DNA from: an uncultured Chloroflexia bacterium
Lineage (GTDB): Bacteria; Chloroflexota; Limnocylindria; QHBO01
Direction: 5' to 3'
DNA length: 64,000 nt
Assembly: GCA_963814375.1 (NCBI GenBank)
Contig: CAWFCQ010000003.1
Span: forward strand, 32,001 to 96,000
Part shown: piece after piece, positions 18,684-27,174 of the stretch
Numbering within the stretch: the stretch's first letter is position 1
How the letters are laid out: each line of letters begins with the position of its first letter
Notes under the pieces: model-generated
Database searches by the model: none
What the model was told of the DNA's origin: nothing
What the model saw: only the letters and a program-made list of their open reading frames with translations
Position numbers and translations under genes: made by a program

Positions 18684-19334
18684 GCCGGTTCTCCTTCGCT
18701 GCGGGTCTCGACGACGAGGATGGCACCCCGCTCCAGGCTGACGGCGGGCTCCGATCCGACGATCTCGTTGCTGAGGCCGCGCGATCGCCCGAGCCGGAGG
18801 GTCGCCCGATCCAGCGGCCAGCGAAGGTCATCGGTCGAGACTCCCTCCGCGTCGCCGCCTACCGGCAGCAGGCTGATGAGGTCGCCACGCCGACCGGCGA
18901 GTGCCACGCGCTCGCCACCGCGCACGACTCTGACCGAACCTCGGCCGCGGACCAGCCGCACGTCGCGGCCGGCGAGCGCCGGATCCGCGAGCAGCAGCAG
19001 GTTCGCGAGCTCGTGGTCGAGCCGCTCGCCACCGGTGGCGCCCAGCAGGGCGACCTCGGTCGCGCCGGCCTCGAGGGCGGCGGCGACGGCGAGCTCCGTG
19101 TCCGAAGCCTCCTTGTCGACGGGGTGCCGTACCACCCTGGTGCCGGCTTCCGCGAGCCGCTTGACGAGCTCCCCGATCCGTCGAATCGAGGTCTCCGACG
19201 AGGTGGTCGGGACGGAGCCCCAGCCGATCGAGCGCGGCCGCACCGCCATCGGCGGCGATGACGAGATCCGCGTTCGAAACGGCGTCGACATCGTCGAGCG
19301 CCAGCTCGCCGGACGCCACCACCACCACCTTCAT
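18680..19334 (-). CDS. thiN: Thiamine pyrophosphokinase with an apparent frameshift near 19171-19174
   Basis: N-half IAADGG...VGDLDS in one frame; C-half DKEASDTELA...GERLDHELAN...GLSNE in another. One extra G in the CGGGGAG run joins them. Confidence 0.88.
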
Positions 19335-19372
19335 CGGTCCACCTCGTGGGGCGCGCCGCGGTGCGGCTGCAT

Positions 19373-19465
19373 CGACTTCCTTCGCCGGCATGACCCGGAT
19401 CAGGTTCGAGGGTCTGCGACGCATCGGCGTCGCACTCTCAGCGCGGTCGCGCTCCCCTGTCGTCT
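19373..19465 (-). ncRNA. TPP riboswitch
   Basis: Minus strand reads GACAGGGGAGCGCG...GCGCTGAGAG...GACCCTCGAACCTGATCCGGGTCATGCCGGCGAAGGAAGTC, upstream of thiN/ECF. Confidence 0.93.
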
Positions 19466-19509
19466 TTGGGATTGTGCCCTCAGCCTAGCACCGGCCCTAT
19501 GATCGGTCG

Positions 19510-19989
19510 ATGCACCCCAACGTCGCGCGCGTGCTGGCCGCCGCGCGCGAGGCCGGCCTCGAGATCGAGGTGGAGCGCTTCCCCGAGGGCACCCGAACCG
19601 CCGTTGACGCGGCCCGCGCGGTCGGCTGTGAGGTCGGCCAGATCGTGAAGTCGCTCGTCTTCGTGGCCGATTCGAGCCCGGTGCTGGCCCTCGTCTCGGG
19701 CGCCAACCGGGTCGACCCGGCAGCGCTGGCGACGGCGGTTGGCGCAGAGCGGGCACGACGCGCCGACGGTGACGAGGCTCGCGCGGCGACCGGGTTCGCC
19801 ATCGGCGGCGTTCCGCCGTTCGGGCAGGAGCACGCGATCCCGGTCGTCGTGGACCGCGACCTCCTCGCGCACGATCGAGTCTGGGCGGCTGCGGGGCTGC
19901 CCGACGCGGTCTTCGCCATCGCGCCGGCCGATCTGGTCCGTGCCAGCCGCGGAGTGGTCGCCGACGTCGCGGCGGCCAACCTTCCCTGA
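19510..19989 (+). CDS. YbaK/EbsC aminoacyl-tRNA editing family protein
   Basis: TRTAVDAA, QIVKSLVF, TGFAIGGVPPFG, WAAAG. Confidence 0.92.
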   Translation: MHPNVARVLAAAREAGLEIEVERFPEGTRTAVDAARAVGCEVGQIVKSLVFVADSSPVLALVSGANRVDPAALATAVGAERARRADGDEARAATGFAIGGVPPFGQEHAIPVVVDRDLLAHDRVWAAAGLPDAVFAIAPADLVRASRGVVADVAAANLP

Positions 19990-20014
19990 TGGGCGAGCGT
20001 TCGCCCGCTGCCGC

Positions 20015-20764
20015 ATGTCGCCGAGCCTCGCCTTCCTGATCGTCGCGGGTGCCGGGCTGGTCGTCGGCGGCGCCGGCCTGCTGGCGCTGCGCTGGTCGGG
20101 CGCGAGCCCACGGCTCGCGCTGCGCCTGGCCGGTCCGCGGGAGGTGAAGGTGGGGCAGCTCGTCGGCGCCGAGACGCTCCCGACCCGGCCGGTTCGCGTG
20201 GCTGGGCGGATCCGATGCCGCGAGCCCCTCGAGCCGGGCGACGGCGATCGGCTGGTCGCCTACCACCGCGACGTCGAGGTGCTGGCCGGCGGGCGGTGGC
20301 GGAGCATCGAGCGGATGCGCGAGTCCCGCTCGTTCGAGCTGTGGGACCACGACGGCTCTCTCCATCTCGATCCTGGCCAGGCCGCCGAACCGCTCATCAC
20401 GATTCCCCAGGTCTGGCGCGGCGGTGCGGACGAGCTGGAGGAGCCGCATGCGTCGGCGGCCGCCAGGCTCGCCGAGCGGCATGCGGGCGCTTCGGGGGCG
20501 CGGGCCGTGACGCGAACGCTCAACGTCACCGACCGCCTGCTCGTGGTGGCGCGGGTGAGCCGCACCGACGCCGGCGAGGTCCGCCTCCGACCTCCGGGGC
20601 GCGGCTACCTGATCACGAATCTCGTCCTCGACGATGCGATGCGGCTGCTCGGCGGCCGCAGCCGGCGCGCGGCTTCGGGAGGGGTCATCGCACTCGCTTT
20701 CGGGGTCGCGCTCGCTGCCATCGGCGTCGTCGGAGCGGTCGTCGCGGGCGTCGCATCCGCCTGA
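20015..20764 (+). CDS. Membrane protein with a possible GIDE-like soluble domain between two TMs
   Basis: TM at each end; VRVAGRI, VAYHRDVE, FELWDHDGSLHLDP resemble bacterial GIDE-domain proteins. Confidence 0.65.
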   Translation: MSPSLAFLIVAGAGLVVGGAGLLALRWSGASPRLALRLAGPREVKVGQLVGAETLPTRPVRVAGRIRCREPLEPGDGDRLVAYHRDVEVLAGGRWRSIERMRESRSFELWDHDGSLHLDPGQAAEPLITIPQVWRGGADELEEPHASAAARLAERHAGASGARAVTRTLNVTDRLLVVARVSRTDAGEVRLRPPGRGYLITNLVLDDAMRLLGGRSRRAASGGVIALAFGVALAAIGVVGAVVAGVASA

Positions 20765-20892
20765 GGTCCTATGCCGATCGGTACCAATGAGTCATCGCGC
20801 ACGGAACGTCCCGTTTCCATCATCTGGTACACGGTTCCTACCGGAAGCTCCATTGGACCACGGAGCGCGGGGGCCGCGGCGAAGGAGTGCCA

Positions 20893-23800
20893 GTGCCGCG
20901 CGACAATCCCGATGGCCTGCTCACGGTCGCCCAGGCGGCGACGCTCCTCGGCGTTCACCCCAACACGATCCGCGTCTGGACCGATGCCGGCCGGCTGACC
21001 GCGTACCGAATCAACGCACGCGGTGATCGGCGGTTCAGGCGCGGCGACGTCGCGCGCCTGTTGGTCGAGGACGGCGCCGGTGGCAACGCCGGGAACGCCG
21101 CTCACGGATCTGCGGACCGCCTCGGGGAGCTGGCCGTTTTCGGGCGCATCGCCGCAGGGCTGAGCGGGTCCCCGACCCCGGCCGGAGTGGCTCGCACCAT
21201 CGTCGAGGCGCTGCGCACCGAGGTCGGCGTCGAGCGGGCGGCGGTCTACAGCGGTCACGAGGGCGAGCTCGAGCTGATGGCCCATGCCGGCTTTGCCCGT
21301 CCTCCGGCGGCGACGCGCGTCGCGCCGCTCGTCGACCTCACCGAGGAGGCAGCCGACGTCGCCATCGTGCTCGCGACCCGACGTGGCCGATCAGGGCTCC
21401 TCATCCTCGATGCCGCTTCGCACGCACGCCTCGCGGTGGCTCTCCGGCGCTCGCTCCTCGCGACGATCGCAACCGCGGTGGCCAGCGCCCGCCTCCTCGC
21501 CCGCGCCCGGCGGGAGATTCGGCGCGCACGAGCCCTGCGCTCCGTGACGAAGGAGCTGACGGGGACGCTCGACCTGACGGCGGTGCTCGGCGAGGTCGTC
21601 GACCTGACGCGCTCCCTCTTCGACGCCGACAAGGCCGGGCTGTGGCTGATCGAGCGGGAACGCCCCTTCAACATCGCGGCTCATCATGGCCTGAGCGAGG
21701 CGTTCCTGGCACAGGTCGGTGCCCTGCGTGGCGACGAGGACACGATTGGGCTACGTGCCCTTCGCCATCGCCGCCCGTACGCGATGCGCGACGCGGACAC
21801 CCAGGTCGGCGTCGGTCTCCTCCAGGGCGGCTATGCGGCGGAGGGGATTCGGACCGTGTGCCTCGTGCCCCTGCTCGCCGGCGACGAGCCACTCGGATTG
21901 CTCGGCCTCTACCACCGCCGCGACCGCACCTGGCCCGAGGAAGAGGTGGCGCTGGTCCAGGCGTTCGCCGACCAGGCGGCGGTGGCGATCCAGAACGCGC
22001 GTCTGTATCGGTCAGTCGCCGACCAGGCCGCGCGCATGCGCTCGATCCAGGATCTCTCCGCTCGCCTCAATCGGCTCACGGATGTTCGCGCCATCGCGGA
22101 GGCGATCGTGGCCGAGGCGAGCACCCTTGCCGAGTACCACGACATCCGCATCTACCGCGTCGACTGGGAGCGCCGGGTGTGCGACCCCATCGCCTTCACC
22201 CGCGAGATGCTCGACGCAGAGCAGGACGATGCGGAGGACCTGCTCCGGGTCGCCATCGGCGAAGGCTTCACCGGCTGGGTGGCGGAGAGCGGCGAGCCGC
22301 TCCTCATCAATGACGCGCTCGACGACGAGCGCGGAAAGACGATCGACGGCACCGACGACGTGCCCGAGTCGATGCTGGTGGTGCCGATGCTGTACGAGGG
22401 CCGCGCGCTTGGCGTCATCGTCCTCAGCCAGCTCGGCTTCAACCGATTCAGCGACGACGACCTCCAGACGATGTCGATCTTCGGCGGCTACGCCGCGCAG
22501 GCGATGGCCAACGCGACGCGCCACGAGCAGCTCGTGACGCAGTCCTCCGAGCTGGCGCGACGCGCCGACTCGCAGCGCCGACTGCTCGAGATCAACGAGC
22601 GCCTCCTCTCGACGCTGGACCAGGCGGGCGTGCTCGAGACGATCGCGGACGGCCTCCGTTACGTCGTGGCTTACGACAACCTGTCGATCTACCGGGCCGA
22701 CCCGCAGCTACGCGTGATGCAGCCCGTGCTGGCGCGCGAGCGCCATGCGGATGAGGTCAGCCGCTACCTGATCCCGTTCGGCGAGGGGCTGATGGGCTGG
22801 GCGGTCGAGCACTCACAGCCGATCCTCGCCAACGACGCGCTCAGTGATGAGCGCGCGGTCCAGATCCCCGGCACCCCGGACGAGCCGGAGGCGGTGGTCG
22901 TGGTGCCCCTTCTCGCCGATGGTGAGGCGCTCGGCGCGCTCAATGTCTCGCGCGTCGGCGGTCCCGAGGTGTATTTCAGCGAGAGCGACTTCGAGCTGAT
23001 CCAGCTCTTCGCAGGGCAGGCCTCGATCGCCCTGCGCAACGCCGATGCGCATCACGCGATGAGCCAGCGCGCCGACACCGATGCGCTCACCGGCCTCGCC
23101 AACCACGGCGCCTTCCAGCGCGACCTGGCTCGGCTGGTCGAGGAAGGCCCGGGACCGGGGGCCACGCGCCCGACCGCGCACCGGCTCGCGGTGCTGATGA
23201 TGGACCTCGACAGCTTCAAGGCCTACAACGATCGCCACGGGCATCCATCCGGCGACGCGCTCCTGCATCGGGCGGCGACGACGATCTACGGTGCCGCTCG
23301 AAGCGACGATCGCGTGTATCGCTACGGAGGCGACGAGTTCGCCCTGATCCTGCCCCACACCTCCGTCGCACAGGCCGCCCGCGTGGCGGAGCGCATCCGA
23401 GGGGCCGTCGCGTCGCTCACCGAGGGCGATCCCACGCCGGTCACGATCACGGTCGGCGTGGCCGGCCTCCCCCAGGACGCCGCCGACCGAGCCGGTCTGA
23501 TCGCGGCGGCGGACACGGCGCTGTACTACGGCAAGCGCGCCGGCGAGGACCGCGTCGTCCGCGCCGATCGCCTCACCGCCGACGTCGGCGACCTGCGCGG
23601 GACGCTGGAAGAGCTCGCCGCGGCCGCGCTCCGGGAGGGCGACGACGAGCACGCGGTCGAGCACCTCGTCGAGCGCGCCACCCAGCTCGCTGCCCCGCAC
23701 CACGAGGTCCAGGAGTCGCTGCGCGACACGCTGCTGACGATCGCCCGATCGCTCGACTCTGGGGACGGGGCCGCGCGCGGCCACGCCGACCGGGTCGGTC

Positions 23801-24246
23801 GGTTGGCCGATTCGATGGCGGCTCGCCTCGCCATCGCCGCCGACGAGCGCCGCGGCATCGAGCTCGCCGGGCGACTCCACGCTCTCGACGACCGCGGCAT
23901 CGCCGAGCTGGCGCCGATACCCTCGCTGCGCTCGGTGGCGCAGCTGATCGAGGGGTACCGCTCGCTCGACGCCGATGGCGAGCGTCGCGGGCGGCGAGCG
24001 AAGCGCTCCCGTGGACCGATCGGCGCCCACGTCGTCGCCGTGGCCAACGCGTACGACGCGCTCGTCTCGGCCGCCGGCCGGGCACGGCTTGGCCGCGCCG
24101 ACGCGCTGGCTGTCCTCGCCCGCGACCCGGCCACCTACCGGTCCGATGTGCTTGCCGCGCTCGCCGCGGTCGTCGAGCAGCGACGGGACCCGGGGCGCCG
24201 CCGCCGCCGGACGGACAGCCCCGAGGAGGCGCTCGGCGCGGCCTGA
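20893..24246 (+). CDS. Excisionase/MerR-like HTH + 4 GAF + GGDEF diguanylate cyclase + degenerate HD-GYP
   Basis: LLTVAQAATLLGVHPNTIRVWTDAGRL...GDRRF; GAF-like repeats, three ending in AxxAxxNA; DALTGLAN, DLDSFKAYNDRHGH, RSDD I-site, GGDEF; GHADRV...LHA. Confidence 0.9.
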   Translation: MPRDNPDGLLTVAQAATLLGVHPNTIRVWTDAGRLTAYRINARGDRRFRRGDVARLLVEDGAGGNAGNAAHGSADRLGELAVFGRIAAGLSGSPTPAGVARTIVEALRTEVGVERAAVYSGHEGELELMAHAGFARPPAATRVAPLVDLTEEAADVAIVLATRRGRSGLLILDAASHARLAVALRRSLLATIATAVASARLLARARREIRRARALRSVTKELTGTLDLTAVLGEVVDLTRSLFDADKAGLWLIERERPFNIAAHHGLSEAFLAQVGALRGDEDTIGLRALRHRRPYAMRDADTQVGVGLLQGGYAAEGIRTVCLVPLLAGDEPLGLLGLYHRRDRTWPEEEVALVQAFADQAAVAIQNARLYRSVADQAARMRSIQDLSARLNRLTDVRAIAEAIVAEASTLAEYHDIRIYRVDWERRVCDPIAFTREMLDAEQDDAEDLLRVAIGEGFTGWVAESGEPLLINDALDDERGKTIDGTDDVPESMLVVPMLYEGRALGVIVLSQLGFNRFSDDDLQTMSIFGGYAAQAMANATRHEQLVTQSSELARRADSQRRLLEINERLLSTLDQAGVLETIADGLRYVVAYDNLSIYRADPQLRVMQPVLARERHADEVSRYLIPFGEGLMGWAVEHSQPILANDALSDERAVQIPGTPDEPEAVVVVPLLADGEALGALNVSRVGGPEVYFSESDFELIQLFAGQASIALRNADAHHAMSQRADTDALTGLANHGAFQRDLARLVEEGPGPGATRPTAHRLAVLMMDLDSFKAYNDRHGHPSGDALLHRAATTIYGAARSDDRVYRYGGDEFALILPHTSVAQAARVAERIRGAVASLTEGDPTPVTITVGVAGLPQDAADRAGLIAAADTALYYGKRAGEDRVVRADRLTADVGDLRGTLEELAAAALREGDDEHAVEHLVERATQLAAPHHEVQESLRDTLLTIARSLDSGDGAARGHADRVGRLADSMAARLAIAADERRGIELAGRLHALDDRGIAELAPIPSLRSVAQLIEGYRSLDADGERRGRRAKRSRGPIGAHVVAVANAYDALVSAAGRARLGRADALAVLARDPATYRSDVLAALAAVVEQRRDPGRRRRRTDSPEEALGAA

Positions 24247-24263
24247 GGTATCATCCGCCGCCG

Positions 24264-25001
24264 ATGCCGATCTCCCGCCTCGCTTCGCCGCGCCGTATCA
24301 CTGCGGCGGGCCTGGCGCTCGCCGCTACCACGCTCCTGGGGGCCTGCGGCAACACCACCTCGCCGAGCCCCGAGGCGACGGCCTCCCTCCCACCGGCGTC
24401 GGCGACCCCGCAGCCCACGCCCGAGCCCACGGCAACGCCGGAGCCGACCCCACGCTTCACGAACGAGCCCGATGCCGCACTCGCCGCGCTCATTCCTACC
24501 GATGCCGCCGGGGCAGTCGTGGTCGTGGCGCCATTCGACGAGTTCGCGCTGACGCCGGGCGATATCGCGACCGCATTCGGGGCGATCGGGAACCGCTTCA
24601 CGTCACTGGCCCTCGCCTACGTCGAGCAGCCCCGCGCCACGTTGTACGCGATGCGCGTCGAGGGCGGCCCGGTGACGACCGCGGAGCTCGAGCCCCATCT
24701 CGCCACCGCCGGACGCTACGTTGGCATCGCCGGGCTCGATCCGGAGCCGTGGGAGGCGGCGGTGGTCGCCGGCAACCAGGTGTGGACGCGCCCCGAGGAC
24801 AACGCCACCGCGGCGGGCACCCACATCTACACGTGGGCGAGCGGCGACCTCGTGTTCCTCCTGATCGGTGTCGACGACACCGTCAACCGGGCCATCATCG
24901 AGCAGCTTCCGGGCGAGCCGGCACCAACGCCCACGCCGATTCCGTCCGCTTCTGCGGGAGCCAGCGAGAGCGCGGCACCGAGCGGGTCGCCGGGCGGTTA
25001 G
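24264..25001 (+). CDS. Hypothetical lipoprotein with Pro/Thr-rich linkers
   Basis: Lipobox LGAC; PTPEPT repeats. Confidence 0.75.
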   Translation: MPISRLASPRRITAAGLALAATTLLGACGNTTSPSPEATASLPPASATPQPTPEPTATPEPTPRFTNEPDAALAALIPTDAAGAVVVVAPFDEFALTPGDIATAFGAIGNRFTSLALAYVEQPRATLYAMRVEGGPVTTAELEPHLATAGRYVGIAGLDPEPWEAAVVAGNQVWTRPEDNATAAGTHIYTWASGDLVFLLIGVDDTVNRAIIEQLPGEPAPTPTPIPSASAGASESAAPSGSPGG

Positions 25002-25022
25002 AGCCGCCGCTAGGATGCAGCG

Positions 25023-26102
25023 ATGCTGAGCACCATCGCCTACGGCATCTCGATCGTCGGCACGCTGGTGACGATCGCGCTGCGCGTGGTCGGCGCCGAC
25101 GAGACACTCACCTTCGGGATCAGCGCGCTTACCATCCTCGGGCTGGCCTATACGCTCGGCCACGCCACGGAGCAGCTCGGCATCGCCGCGGGGCCGCGCA
25201 TCGGCGGCATCATGAACGCCACGGTCGGCAACATCGGCGAGATCATCATCGCCGCCTTCCTCATCCTCGACGGCAAGATCGAGATCGTTCACGCCTCGAT
25301 CACCGGCTCGATCATCGGCAACCTGCTGCTGGTGCTCGGCGCCTCGCTCCTGATCGGCGGGCTGAAGAACGGCGTCCAGCGCTACGACAGCGAGACGGTC
25401 GGCATGAACGCCGCGTCGCTCATCCTCGCCACCATCGGGCTGATCGTGCCGGCAACCTTCGCGTTCGTCATCGGCGGCGGCGAGGGGACGGCGCCCGGAG
25501 ATCCCGAGTTCTTCCAGATCGAGGCCCTGACGGTCGGGGCCGCGATCCTGCTCCTGGGCACGTATCTGGCGCAGACCTGGTTCTTCCTGCGATCCCCGGA
25601 GGCGCCGACCTCGACGCACGACCAGGAAGAGGAGGTGGCGGAATGGAGCTGGCGCGTCTCGCTCGGCGTGCTCCTCGCGTCCGCCGCCGCGCTGACCTTC
25701 GCATCCGAGGTGCTGGTGCACACCCTCGAGCCGGCGGTTGCGTCGCTCGGCATCAGCGAGTTCTTCATCGGCATCATCCTGATCCCGCTCATCGGCAACC
25801 TCGCCGAGCACGTCGTGGGCGTGACGCTCGCCTACAAGAACAAGATGGACTTCAGCCTCATCACGTCCATCGGCTCGGCAACCCAGATCGCGCTCTTCGC
25901 GGTCCCGGTCCTCGTCTTCTTCGGCCTGTTCGTGGGCAACCCGGTGACGCTCGTCTTCAGCCCGCTCGAGGTCGTGGCCGTGGCTGTGGCCGTGTTCATC
26001 GCCGGGTTCATCGCGCTCGACGGAAAGTCGAACTGGGTGGAGGGCCTCCAGCTCATGAGCGTGTACCTGATCCTGGCGATCTCGTTCTTCTTCCTGACGT
26101 AG
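25023..26102 (+). CDS. Ca2+/H+ antiporter (CAX/ChaA family)
   Basis: NATVGNIGE, GSIIGNLLLV, GNLAEH, GSATQIALF, NWVEG. Confidence 0.93.
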   Translation: MLSTIAYGISIVGTLVTIALRVVGADETLTFGISALTILGLAYTLGHATEQLGIAAGPRIGGIMNATVGNIGEIIIAAFLILDGKIEIVHASITGSIIGNLLLVLGASLLIGGLKNGVQRYDSETVGMNAASLILATIGLIVPATFAFVIGGGEGTAPGDPEFFQIEALTVGAAILLLGTYLAQTWFFLRSPEAPTSTHDQEEEVAEWSWRVSLGVLLASAAALTFASEVLVHTLEPAVASLGISEFFIGIILIPLIGNLAEHVVGVTLAYKNKMDFSLITSIGSATQIALFAVPVLVFFGLFVGNPVTLVFSPLEVVAVAVAVFIAGFIALDGKSNWVEGLQLMSVYLILAISFFFLT

Positions 26103-26142
26103 GAGCACGGGCCGGCGCACACGTCGGGCTATCATCGCGGCC

Positions 26143-27174
26143 GTGATCGAGAACGACGACTGGTCGGGCTGGGACGATGGCGCCGATGACCGCATCGGCC
26201 GCAAGCGGGATCGCCTGGCGCGTCTCCTGAGCGTCGCCTCGATCCTCTTCTCGAAGGGCAGCGGTGAGAGCGGCGTCCCGGTGGCAGAGATCGCACGCCT
26301 GACCGGCATGACGACGCGCACCGTGTACCGCGATATCCGCGCCCTCGAGGACGAGCTCGGCGTCCCCGTGTTCCAGGCCGGCCGCGGCCGCTACGGGATC
26401 GATCGCAAGTTCTTCCTGCCGCCGCTGCGCCTGACGGTTCCCGAGGCGATCGTCCTCTTTCTCGCCTCGCGCCTTATCGCGCGCTGGTCCGACCAGTACG
26501 ACGCCGCGGTGGTGAGCTCATTCACGAAGCTCGCCGACGCGCTGCCGCAGCCGATCGCGCGTCACGTGACCGCGACGATGCTCGCGGTCGGTGCGCACGA
26601 CCCGAACGAGCCGTTCAGCCGCACCTTCTCGGCGGTCGCCCGAGGCTGGGCCGAGGGACGCGTGGTCGAGATCGTCTACGACCCCGGAACCGGCGCCGAG
26701 AAGCGCACCCGGGTGCATCCGTACGTCCTCGAGCCCGATGCCGCGCTGCGCAGCGTCTACCTCATCGGCTTCGACGAGCCGGCCGACGCGATGCGCACCT
26801 ACAAGGTGGAGCGAATCCGCAGCGCGACCCTCACGCAGGACCGATACGAGATCCCGGAGGACTTCGACCCGGACCGCTGGCTGGCGAACTCGTGGGGGAT
26901 CTGGTCCTCCGACTCGACGCCGCCGGTGCACGTGCGGCTCCGCTTCGAGCCCTCGGTCGCTCATCGCGTGCGCGAGGCGATCTGGCATCGGTCGCAGGAG
27001 CTGGTGGAGCTGGACGGCGGCGGGGTCGAGCTGGCCGTGACGGTGGCCGGCATTGTCGAGATCCGGCCGTGGATCCTGTCGTGGGGCGAGGGGGTGGAGG
27101 TCCTCGAGCCGGCGGATCTGCGCGAGGCGATCGCCGCCTCCGTGCGCGGTGCCGCGGCCCGCTATGCCGGATGA
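26143..27174 (+). CDS. HTH-WYL-WCX transcriptional regulator (YafY/PafB-like)
   Basis: RTVYRDIRAL HTH, VHPY, YLIG, RTYKVERI, WILSWGEGVEVLEPADLR. Confidence 0.92.
   Translation: MIENDDWSGWDDGADDRIGRKRDRLARLLSVASILFSKGSGESGVPVAEIARLTGMTTRTVYRDIRALEDELGVPVFQAGRGRYGIDRKFFLPPLRLTVPEAIVLFLASRLIARWSDQYDAAVVSSFTKLADALPQPIARHVTATMLAVGAHDPNEPFSRTFSAVARGWAEGRVVEIVYDPGTGAEKRTRVHPYVLEPDAALRSVYLIGFDEPADAMRTYKVERIRSATLTQDRYEIPEDFDPDRWLANSWGIWSSDSTPPVHVRLRFEPSVAHRVREAIWHRSQELVELDGGGVELAVTVAGIVEIRPWILSWGEGVEVLEPADLREAIAASVRGAAARYAG

Noticed and set aside
19165-19180. Programmed ribosomal frameshift in thiN
   Set aside because: No canonical slippery heptamer; similar homopolymer indels elsewhere point to sequencing error.
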